From Hadesarchaea archaeon (GTDB lineage: Archaea > Hadarchaeota > Hadarchaeia > Hadarchaeales > Hadarchaeaceae): DNA of 41,038 bases. Position 1 is the stretch's first letter; each line of letters starts with the position of its first letter. The translations under genes and the position numbers were made by a program. The notes below the pieces were generated by a model, which saw only the letters and a list, made by a program, of their open reading frames with translations, had not been told where the DNA came from and made no database searches. Positions 35,338 through 41,038 of the stretch are shown piece by piece. The stretch spans positions 1-41,038 of the forward strand of contig JAUWYN010000001.1 of assembly GCA_030615805.1 (NCBI GenBank), written 5' to 3'.

Positions 35338-35922
35338 TCAGCGGGGATATCGCCTTCGCCTCGGGATCGAGATGATCAACAGCTCCCCTTTCAGCTCGAC
35401 CTCTCGCTCGCTTGGCGCCGCATCCGGAGGGAGTTCGAAAGCCCCGAAATATGCCTCGCCGCTCGGCTTCCGCGCGATGACCTCGAGCGCGTTGCCAAGT
35501 TGCCTTACCTCGACATCCTCCTTTTTGACCCCCGGCACCTGCATCGTGAGCACTACTTCACCGAGGCGCTCGATTTTTCCAACGTTCGTCTCCAGCATCT
35601 TGGATATCGGTTTAACCTCCCTCGGTTTCTCGGCGGGCCTTGGCCGCTCCGGCTTAGGCACTTCCACGGGTGTAATTTTAGCTGGGCGTTCACCGATCCG
35701 CGTCACCTTGACCTCAGGCTTCCCATCACCGAAATCCCTTATTTCTATCTTAAATCCAACAGCGCCCGGTATTCGCTCGAACTTGCTGTCATCAAACTTG
35801 AACTCTTTTCGCATACGCTCGAACTCCCGGTCGAACTCTTTAAAGTCTAGCGGAAAATGCTTCGTCTTACTAAACTCCCGCAGAAACCGCCTGAAGAACT
35901 CATCGAATGGGTCGTGCGGCAT
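35338..35922 (-). CDS. Hsp20/alpha-crystallin-like small heat-shock protein with a long charged N-terminal extension
   Basis: The C-terminal ~85 aa (VVLTMQVPGVKKEDVEVRQLGNALEVIARK...FELPPDA...ELKGELLIISIPRR) resembles an ACD. The N-terminal ~100 aa is rich in F/E/R/K. GGTGAG lies upstream of the ATG. Confidence 0.6.
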   Translation of the reverse strand: MPHDPFDEFFRRFLREFSKTKHFPLDFKEFDREFERMRKEFKFDDSKFERIPGAVGFKIEIRDFGDGKPEVKVTRIGERPAKITPVEVPKPERPRPAEKPREVKPISKMLETNVGKIERLGEVVLTMQVPGVKKEDVEVRQLGNALEVIARKPSGEAYFGAFELPPDAAPSEREVELKGELLIISIPRRRRYPR

Positions 35923-36012
35923 GGGCTCACCAAAGTCAAGTATTCAGGCTGGCACTTATACTTTAGGAGTGGGCGCGGCGACCCTCGCAGAAAAATTAAA
36001 ACCACGCTTCGA

Positions 36013-36150
36013 TTATTCCCCTAGCTCCCCGTAGGGCCCCACTTCTGAGTAGATGCACTCGCCGCCCGAGTAGTAGTCGCACTCTGAGCAACACTCGTTC
36101 CGGTTCTCGCACTCATCGTACATGTAGCAGTTAGAACAGCACCTTGGCAT
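36013..36150 (-). CDS. Cysteine-rich acidic micro-protein (45 aa, 8 Cys), below the ORF-track cut-off
   Basis: Hand translation: MPRCCSNCYMYDECENRNECCSECDYYSGGECIYSEVGPYGELGE. GAGGGGGGAGA sits immediately upstream of the ATG, and a TTTATATC box lies at 36176..36183 on the minus strand. Confidence 0.45.
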   Translation of the reverse strand: MPRCCSNCYMYDECENRNECCSECDYYSGGECIYSEVGPYGELGE

Positions 36151-36225
36151 TCTCCCCCCTCAGGAATTTCTGTTTGATATAAAGCAAACATCGTTTATTC
36201 AAGGCTTTCGAAGATTTTAGGAAAG

Positions 36226-36233
36226 TTTTTATG
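36226..36233 (+). promoter_or_regulatory. TATA-like box (TTTTTATG) about 26 nt upstream of the structured RNA candidate
   Basis: The spacing from the box centre to the G at 36255 fits archaeal promoter geometry. Confidence 0.4.
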
Positions 36234-36254
36234 TAATTAAACCAATTTTTTATT

Positions 36255-36540
36255 GCGCCGGGAGAGCAAACCGGAAGGGCCCCTAGAATTGATCCTGGTG
36301 GATCCCACTGGTAGGGGCCTCAAGCGAGCTGGGCCAGCTCGAAGGGGCCCTGAACAGCAGGCTGGCGGGATTGGTTCAAAAGCGCTCGAAGGGTTGCGGC
36401 GTGGAGAACTCGTAAGGGTAATCCGCACGGTCCGTGATGGATCGGAGCGGCGTGGTTCGGCGAGCTGCCCAAAAAGTGGTTCGGGCGGGCTACGTCGTCC
36501 GTAGTCATCGAGTTGCCCGCGGCTCTTATCTCGGCGCGCC
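36255..36540 (+). ncRNA. Candidate ~290-nt structured non-coding RNA of unresolved class
   Basis: The 780-bp gap has no credible ORF. The ends pair (GCGCCG/CGGCGC and GAGAGC/GCTCTT). There are perfect internal hairpins: GGCCCCTA...TAGGGGCC (36278-36319) enclosing GATCC-TGGT-GGATC, CGAGCTG-GGC-CAGCTCG (36325-36341), and CTACG-TCGTC-CGTAG. Strand is inferred from the upstream TATA box. Confidence 0.45.
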
Positions 36541-36705
36541 CTTTGGTAAAAAGTTTAAGGCTGGAGGAACAGATTTTTTCTGGTTGTCATGCCCAAGAAG
36601 AAAAGACCCGAGTACGAGCGGAAGCTAAAACTCATCCGCCAACGCATTCTCACGCCAAGCGATGTCGCCAAACGTCTACGAAAGAAATCGAAGAAATAGC
36701 GCGGT

Positions 36706-37587
36706 GTGTATGTGGATGTTATCCGAGAGTTCGACCCCTGGAGCGATCCCCTCTGCACCTGCCCGAAAAAGTATGGGTTCAACCCTTACACGGGATGTCC
36801 CCATCGTTGTATTTATTGCTACATCACCTCCTACATCCCGCGAGCTTTTGACTGTAGGGTAAAGAAAAATTTGATCGTACGGGTCGAGCGCGATCTCAAA
36901 CGGGTCGACAAGCGCCGCGTTATAAGCATGTCGAATAGTTCCGACCCATACCCACCGATGGAGGCAAAACTTAAGCTAACCCGCGCCTGCCTCAAGCTCT
37001 TCACGCGCGAGGGCTGCCAAGTGCAAGTGATAACGAAATCTAACCTCGTTGCCCGTGACGTCGATTTGCTCTCGAGAATGCGTTGCGTGGTCAGTTTCAC
37101 CGTAACCACACTCGACCGAAATCTGAGTCGAAAACTCGAGCCGCGAGCGCCCGCGCCCGAACGAAGGTTAAAGGCAATGAGGAAACTCTCGAGCGCTGGC
37201 GTGCCTGTGAGCCTGCGCCTTGACCCGATCATCCCCGGCCTAAACGACATCGAGATCGAACGAATCGTCAAAGCTGCTGCTGCCACCGACGCCAAACACG
37301 TAACTTCGTCGACGTTTAAACCCCGCCCCGACAGTTGGCATCGCGTTCAGCGGGTTTTTCCTGAAGCCACCGCCAAACTCGCGCCGCTTTACTTCAAACA
37401 TGGTGAACGACGCCACAACAGTCGCTACTTGCCACGGGAGCTCAGGCTGGAGCTTATGAAGCAGGTTGAGAAGGCGTGCGCCGCCCACGGGCTCACCTTC
37501 GCCTCCTGCCGTGAAGGGCTGCAGGAGTTGACGACCGGCGCAAGCTGTGATGGAAGTCATTTAATTTCAAGGAAGGGTCCAAGCTGA
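36706..37587 (+). CDS. Radical SAM protein, SplB-like paralogue of 18666..19499
   Basis: FNPYTGCPHRCIYCYITS contains the CxxxCxxC cluster and has the same NPY.GC.H.C.YCY context as the other copy. GTG start at 36706. Confidence 0.8.
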   Translation: MYVDVIREFDPWSDPLCTCPKKYGFNPYTGCPHRCIYCYITSYIPRAFDCRVKKNLIVRVERDLKRVDKRRVISMSNSSDPYPPMEAKLKLTRACLKLFTREGCQVQVITKSNLVARDVDLLSRMRCVVSFTVTTLDRNLSRKLEPRAPAPERRLKAMRKLSSAGVPVSLRLDPIIPGLNDIEIERIVKAAAATDAKHVTSSTFKPRPDSWHRVQRVFPEATAKLAPLYFKHGERRHNSRYLPRELRLELMKQVEKACAAHGLTFASCREGLQELTTGASCDGSHLISRKGPS

Positions 37588-37588
37588 T

Positions 37589-38224
37589 TTATTTCAAGAC
37601 CTTTCCAGTCTTCAAGTACCAAAGGTAAAGATCCAGCTCGCCAAGTGTGAGCCCGAGCTTCCGCGCGAGGTCCTCAAGTGTTTCCTCGATCTCTAGATAT
37701 CGCCCGCGCGTCAGCGAGCGAGGCACCCCATCGATCAATCCATGTTCGTGCAACACGCTGAGCACATGCCGGTCCAAAATTGCCGCATCATCAAATCCCA
37801 CGTTGCGCAGGAAATGGCTCGATTCCTTATAGCCCACACCCCTCACGTTCTCAACCAGCCACTCGCGAGCCTGCCGCGCACCCGTGAATCCCTCGATGAT
37901 ATTCTTTATGTCGCGAAATCTGCGCGCCTCGACGATGAAGCGTGCCCGGGTGTTCGGAAATCGGTGTCCCGCAGCCTTTAGCCTGTGCCCGAGTTCCTCG
38001 AGCGGGAGCGTCAAAAATCCATCGTTGCCCAGCTCGTACTGAATCTTCATCCCCAGCCTCGCGGTCGAGTTCGCCGTCAGGATGCAGAAGCAAAGCTCCG
38101 AGAACCATTCCTCGTTGCCCTTGCGGCCGAGATCTTCGAACTCTCGAATCCTCCGAGCTATGAGTTTGCCTACTCTGCCTCGCCTCAGCTCATTTACCTT
38201 GCCCACTAAATCCGCGCTCACCAA
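37589..38224 (-). CDS. ogg: HhH-GPD N-glycosylase/DNA lyase, archaeal Ogg (Ogg2) type
   Basis: FCILTANSTA...HRFPNTRARFIVE...GVGYKESSHFLRNVGFDDAAILDRHV matches the MJ0724-type 8-oxoguanine glycosylase pattern (catalytic K, DRH). Confidence 0.78.
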   Translation of the reverse strand: MVSADLVGKVNELRRGRVGKLIARRIREFEDLGRKGNEEWFSELCFCILTANSTARLGMKIQYELGNDGFLTLPLEELGHRLKAAGHRFPNTRARFIVEARRFRDIKNIIEGFTGARQAREWLVENVRGVGYKESSHFLRNVGFDDAAILDRHVLSVLHEHGLIDGVPRSLTRGRYLEIEETLEDLARKLGLTLGELDLYLWYLKTGKVLK

Positions 38225-38272
38225 CTTGCCCCAACTTTATGAGGGTACAAACTGTTTAATGCGTTACCTAGG

Positions 38273-39088
38273 CTAGGCGATCGCGAGCTTCGTTTGGACC
38301 GGAGCTAGCTGCCACGGGCGGGCGTACTTCACCAACTCACGTGCCACCCTTGAAGGTTGCACCCACTCGAACGCTCGCGCGTCGGCTGGGCTGGCACCAA
38401 ACACGGAAAACTCTGCCACCTCATCTGAGGCAATAGGGACCGAAACCAAGCCCGACTCCGGGTTGAGGCTCATCGGCGCCAGCATTAAGCCTCGCCTCAC
38501 CCGAAGCTCGGAAAGGAGGCAGGTGTCCGTCCCTCGCTTTATCCTAAGGGGGGAAGAGGCGCCATCAATGTGGATGTTCGACCAGCACTCGGTTAAATAG
38601 CTCGCAATATAACCCGTTAGCCCTCGCTGAAGGTCTATCAATGTATCTCCATCTCCCGCCCAGGCCTCGTTGGGGATCGTCTCCAATGGTATCAACAGGT
38701 CGAACCCGAGCTGCCCTGAGTACTTGACCCAAGGCTCGGAAACACCGCCATCGGCCAGCGCCTCGATCACCAAGGCCGTCACTGTCTTGGCGAACCTCAG
38801 CCCTCCACGCCTCGCCCGCATGGTCCAGACCAAGTCGTGCCCCAGCGGGCGGGAGAAGTCCTGCCCGGGATAACGCCAGTAGGAGCAGTAGAATGCCGTC
38901 GCCCTTGAGGCCAAGGCCCGGTCGAATGCCGCTGCCGAGTCCAAGACGATGGGGTGCTCGCTGAGGTGGCGCTGTATGCCCTTGGTGCGGGCGTTGTAAA
39001 AAGCGCATTCTCGTTTGCTGCTGCCGTTGCTAGCACGCGCGAAATCTATGATCGCTCGTCTCACGTCCAGGCGCCCGTAGTAGTCCAT
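38273..39088 (-). CDS. PriS-like (archaeo-eukaryotic primase fold) paralogue with a degenerate catalytic triad
   Basis: By-eye alignment to the window's own PriS gives four parallels. KRECAFYNARTKGIQRHL aligns with LREFGF...HRY. FYCSYWRYPGQDF...GHDLVWTMRARRG aligns with VFASVALYEQPS...SELALDIDAKD. VKYSGQLGFDLLIP aligns with FAYSGRGFHIRV. LSELRVRRGLMLAPMSLNPESG aligns with TIDTKRILRLPSSLHSG. Confidence 0.6.
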   Translation of the reverse strand: MDYYGRLDVRRAIIDFARASNGSSKRECAFYNARTKGIQRHLSEHPIVLDSAAAFDRALASRATAFYCSYWRYPGQDFSRPLGHDLVWTMRARRGGLRFAKTVTALVIEALADGGVSEPWVKYSGQLGFDLLIPLETIPNEAWAGDGDTLIDLQRGLTGYIASYLTECWSNIHIDGASSPLRIKRGTDTCLLSELRVRRGLMLAPMSLNPESGLVSVPIASDEVAEFSVFGASPADARAFEWVQPSRVARELVKYARPWQLAPVQTKLAIA

Positions 39089-39130
39089 CTTTTCCCCTCA
39101 AACGAGCGATTGGGCGGGCTTTTTAAGCGG

Positions 39131-39160
39131 TTTTTGAGGAGGGGGGACACCGAAAGTATT
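39131..39160. repeat. Copy B of the ~28-30 nt conserved motif (TTTTTGAGGAGGGGGGACACCGAAAGTATT)
   Basis: See 29658..29685. It lies in the 93-bp spacer between the 189-aa gene and the PriS-like gene, and is followed by GATACTATTG. Confidence 0.7.
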
Positions 39161-39181
39161 GATACTATTGAACTAGTAAAA

Positions 39182-39748
39182 CTAGATTGCTCTTCTCAGT
39201 TGGGTCAGGTAGGGCTCAAGCTTGTGCGAGAATTCTTGCCCATCGGTCCAGTCAAGGGCGATGAACCCCTCTGTCACGCGCAGGGCGTGCCGCGCCCGTT
39301 CGGCGAGCTCGGGTGCCAACTTCCCCTGCCTGGCCACGGTTAGAAGCTCATCGATTTCGGTGGCGAGCCTCACCCGTTCTCGTCCAAGCACAAGGGGGCC
39401 AGCGAGCGCCTCCTCCATCGCGCGTGCTCTGAGCTCGGCGGGTAGGATGGCGTCGAAGCTGTGGAGCTCCATGGGCTGCCACCTAGGATCCGAGAAGAAC
39501 TCTGCCAAGCGGGGGGCTGCCGCATTCGGGACGGCGATGACGCTTTTCCCAAGCTTGGCGTGGGGGATCGTCCCGAGCAGGCCTTGCGCAACGTGGGTGT
39601 AGGTCTTGGTGGAGCCGTCCTTCAGGTCTCGCTTCGTGGAGCTTGAGTACCCGAAGAGCCTGCGGTAGAAAAGCGTCTTGCGGGTGCCGGTGAACTTAAT
39701 GTCGAAGCTGAAGACCCTCGTAAGAGTCGCTTTTTCTCGCTCCTCCAT
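39182..39748 (-). CDS. Uncharacterised 189-aa protein next to the predicted origin
   Basis: MEEREKATLTRVFSFDIKFTGTRKTLFYRRLFGYSS...KLGKSVIAVPNAAAPRLAEFF is followed by a helical Arg/Glu/Leu-rich C-terminal half with no Cys. The ATG at 39748 is preferred, because the ORF-track TTG start at 39781 runs through the ORB-like box. Confidence 0.5.
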   Translation of the reverse strand: MEEREKATLTRVFSFDIKFTGTRKTLFYRRLFGYSSSTKRDLKDGSTKTYTHVAQGLLGTIPHAKLGKSVIAVPNAAAPRLAEFFSDPRWQPMELHSFDAILPAELRARAMEEALAGPLVLGRERVRLATEIDELLTVARQGKLAPELAERARHALRVTEGFIALDWTDGQEFSHKLEPYLTQLRRAI

Positions 39749-39758
39749 GCCGACCGAC

Positions 39759-39781
39759 CTACCCCTTGATTTCCACTGCAA
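39759..39781 (-). promoter_or_regulatory. ORB-like origin recognition box, left (reads TTGCAGTGGAAATCAAGGGGTAG on the minus strand)
   Basis: It has the pattern T.CA..GGAAAT..AGGGG with a G-string, in the same register as published ORB elements (recalled from memory: CTCCACAGGAAACGGAGGGGT and TCCAGTGGAAAT). Confidence 0.6.
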
Positions 39782-39870
39782 CTTTATTTAATATTTTTGT
39801 CTTTTTATGATACTATTGTAACATACTATTCTATTAATAGCATTCTCAAGTTTTTGTTTTTTCTAGGCCA
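39782..39870. promoter_or_regulatory. Strongly AT-rich stretch, candidate duplex unwinding element
   Basis: actttatttaatatttttgtctttttatgatactattgtaacatactattctattaatagcattctcaagtttttgttttttc is by far the most AT-rich run seen in this GC-rich window. It contains ATACTATT twice. Confidence 0.55.
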
Positions 39871-39924
39871 AACCAACTTTTTCCGGAAATGTGGTAAGTC
39901 TGCGCTTCAGGATAAATGATCTGA

Positions 39925-39946
39925 TCTCCACAGGAAATTGAGGGCA
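39925..39946 (+). promoter_or_regulatory. ORB-like origin recognition box, right (TCTCCACAGGAAATTGAGGGCA)
   Basis: It is a near match to the remembered ORB consensus CTCCACAGGAAA..GAGGGG. It is inverted relative to the left box, so both G-strings point away from the AT-rich centre. Confidence 0.6.
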
Positions 39947-40011
39947 TGGTGGACGGCAATTGTCCACGAAAGCTTTTAGCCGTTCGACGCGCTTCTTCGA
40001 GTGGTGGCAGG

Positions 40012-41010
40012 ATGGAGCGGAGGTTCGACCTCATCACGCGCGGCACCACCGAAGTCATCACTGAGGCCGAGTTGCGCGAGCTCTTGAAGTGCGAAAGGCC
40101 CACCGCTTACTGTGGTTATGAGCCTTCGGGCAAGATTCACTTCGGCCACGCGTTGACGGTTCAAAAGCTGGTGGATCTCCAAGCCGCGGGGGCGCGGGTC
40201 ATCGTCCTGCTGGCAGACATCCACGCCTACCTCAACGCCAAGGGAACCCTCGAGGAGATCCGACGCGTCGCCAAATACAACCAACACTGCTTCATCGCCC
40301 TTGGGCTCGACCCCAAACGCACGGAGTTCATGCTCGGTTCCGACTTCCAGCTCAAGCCGGAGTTCTCGCTCGACGTGCTTCGCATGGCCGTCGACACCAC
40401 GCTGCTCCGCGCCCGCCGTAGCATGGCCGAGATAGCCCGCCACCTAAAGGATCCAAATGTCGCGCAAGTGCTCTACCCACTCATGCAGGCGGTCGACATG
40501 GCCCACCTAGGCGTCGATGTGGCGGTCGGGGGCATCGACCAGCGAAAGGTGCACATGGTCGCGCGCGAGAAATTACCAGCGCTGGGTTATCTGAAGCCGG
40601 TCTGCGTGCACATGCCATTGCTCCACGGGCTCGATGGCGCCGCCAAGATGTCTTCGTCGAAGGGCAACTTCATCGCTATCGACGACGACCCCGAGACGAT
40701 CGAGAAGAAAATTGGGAAGGCTTTTTGCCCGCCGAAGGTGGTCAAGGACAACCCGATCATCGAGTACGCCGAGCACGTTGTTTTCCCGGCGCTCGGTGAG
40801 CTCGAGGTGAAGCGGCCGTCCAAGTATGGTGGCGCGCTCGAGATAGCTAGCGTGGCGGAGATTCGAAAACTCTACGCTGCGGACAAACTTCACCCCACCG
40901 ACCTGAAAGTGGCAGTGAGCGAGGCGTTAGTTCGGGTGCTCTCGCCGGTCCGGAAGTACTTCGAGGAGCACCCAGACGCAAAACTCGCGCGGCCTTCTCG
41001 AGTCCTTTAG
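40012..41010 (+). CDS. tyrS: Tyrosyl-tRNA synthetase, archaeal type
   Basis: The HIGH-like motif (PSGKIHFGHA) and KMSKS (KMSSSKG) are present. The ATG at 40012 (MERRFDLITRG) is preferred, because the ORF-track start at 39946 lies inside the ORB-like box. Confidence 0.92.
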   Translation: MERRFDLITRGTTEVITEAELRELLKCERPTAYCGYEPSGKIHFGHALTVQKLVDLQAAGARVIVLLADIHAYLNAKGTLEEIRRVAKYNQHCFIALGLDPKRTEFMLGSDFQLKPEFSLDVLRMAVDTTLLRARRSMAEIARHLKDPNVAQVLYPLMQAVDMAHLGVDVAVGGIDQRKVHMVAREKLPALGYLKPVCVHMPLLHGLDGAAKMSSSKGNFIAIDDDPETIEKKIGKAFCPPKVVKDNPIIEYAEHVVFPALGELEVKRPSKYGGALEIASVAEIRKLYAADKLHPTDLKVAVSEALVRVLSPVRKYFEEHPDAKLARPSRVL

Positions 41011-41038
41011 CTTGCGTCAGTAGATCACAAAGTAGATT

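Noticed and set aside
36255-36540. Assigning the structured RNA candidate specifically to SRP (7S) RNA or RNase P RNA
   Set aside because: I could not locate the universal helix-8 GGAA...AGCA motif, or the RNase P CR-I GAGGAAAGUCC and CR-V ACAGAA..CCGGCUUA strands, on either strand. It is left as an unclassified candidate.
36589-36708. 36-aa highly basic ORF (MPKKKRPEYERKLKLIRQRILTPSDVAKRLRKKSKK) in the same frame as the downstream radical SAM gene, separated only by TAG; possible stop-codon read-through or pyrrolysine
   Set aside because: TAG is used as an ordinary stop elsewhere in the window (the KH-protein gene at 1564-1566). The radical SAM N-terminus is already complete relative to its paralogue. 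The GGAGG upstream is ~20 nt from the ATG, which is poor spacing. A same-frame arrangement has a 1-in-3 chance by accident.
29658-39160. The two copies of the 28-30 nt motif as att-like borders of a 9.5-kb integrated element
   Set aside because: The intervening DNA is host-like in composition. It encodes housekeeping genes (glyA, thrC, hom, apgM, hsp20, ogg) with no integrase or other mobile-element genes.
39749-39781. The TTG start at 39781 for the 189-aa gene (adding MQWKSRGRSVG), and the ATG at 39946 for tyrS
   Set aside because: Both extensions are read straight through the ORB-like boxes. Downstream ATGs (39748, 40012) give N-termini that begin the conserved parts. The extensions are more likely non-coding origin or promoter DNA.

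Overview
GC-rich archaeal chromosome segment. PolD, archaeal primase, Orc1/Cdc6, MCM, GINS, aIF2-alpha, Nop10 and Csl4 point to a euryarchaeote-like lineage. Almost all of it is core information-processing genes, mostly on the minus strand in tightly packed or overlapping operons. It is unusually dense in replisome and repair genes: PCNA, PriL-PriS-Gins51, MCM-Gins23-Orc1/Cdc6-PolD DP1-DP2, EndoQ, Nre, Ogg and DUF99. Other content includes a ribosomal/translation cluster (L44e, S27e, aIF2-alpha, Nop10, PAC2), a Thr/Ser metabolism operon (ACT-hom-thrC-glyA), apgM, tyrS, aspS and two tRNAs. Several real genes fall below the ORF-track cut-off and were recovered by hand: Nop10, S27e, a 2x[4Fe-4S] ferredoxin, a Cys-rich micro-ORF and a truncated TBP. 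The most interesting region is 38.2-40.0 kb. It holds a classical archaeal origin architecture: two inverted ORB-like boxes flanking a very AT-rich stretch. This site lies about 13 kb from orc1/cdc6. Directly next to it is a two-gene module of an unrecognised 189-aa protein plus a PriS (AEP primase) paralogue whose catalytic acidic residues appear replaced. Other leads are listed below. (1) A ~28-30 nt motif is shared between the mcm upstream region and the PriS-like gene upstream region. (2) A ~290 nt structured non-coding region has its own TATA box. (3) Two SplB-like radical-SAM paralogues each sit next to a DNA-repair gene. (4) A secreted metzincin-like protease carries a perfect 111-bp internal duplication. 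(5) An Alba protein has an EEKPA-repeat tail. All assignments come from reading translated motifs by eye; no database search was possible.
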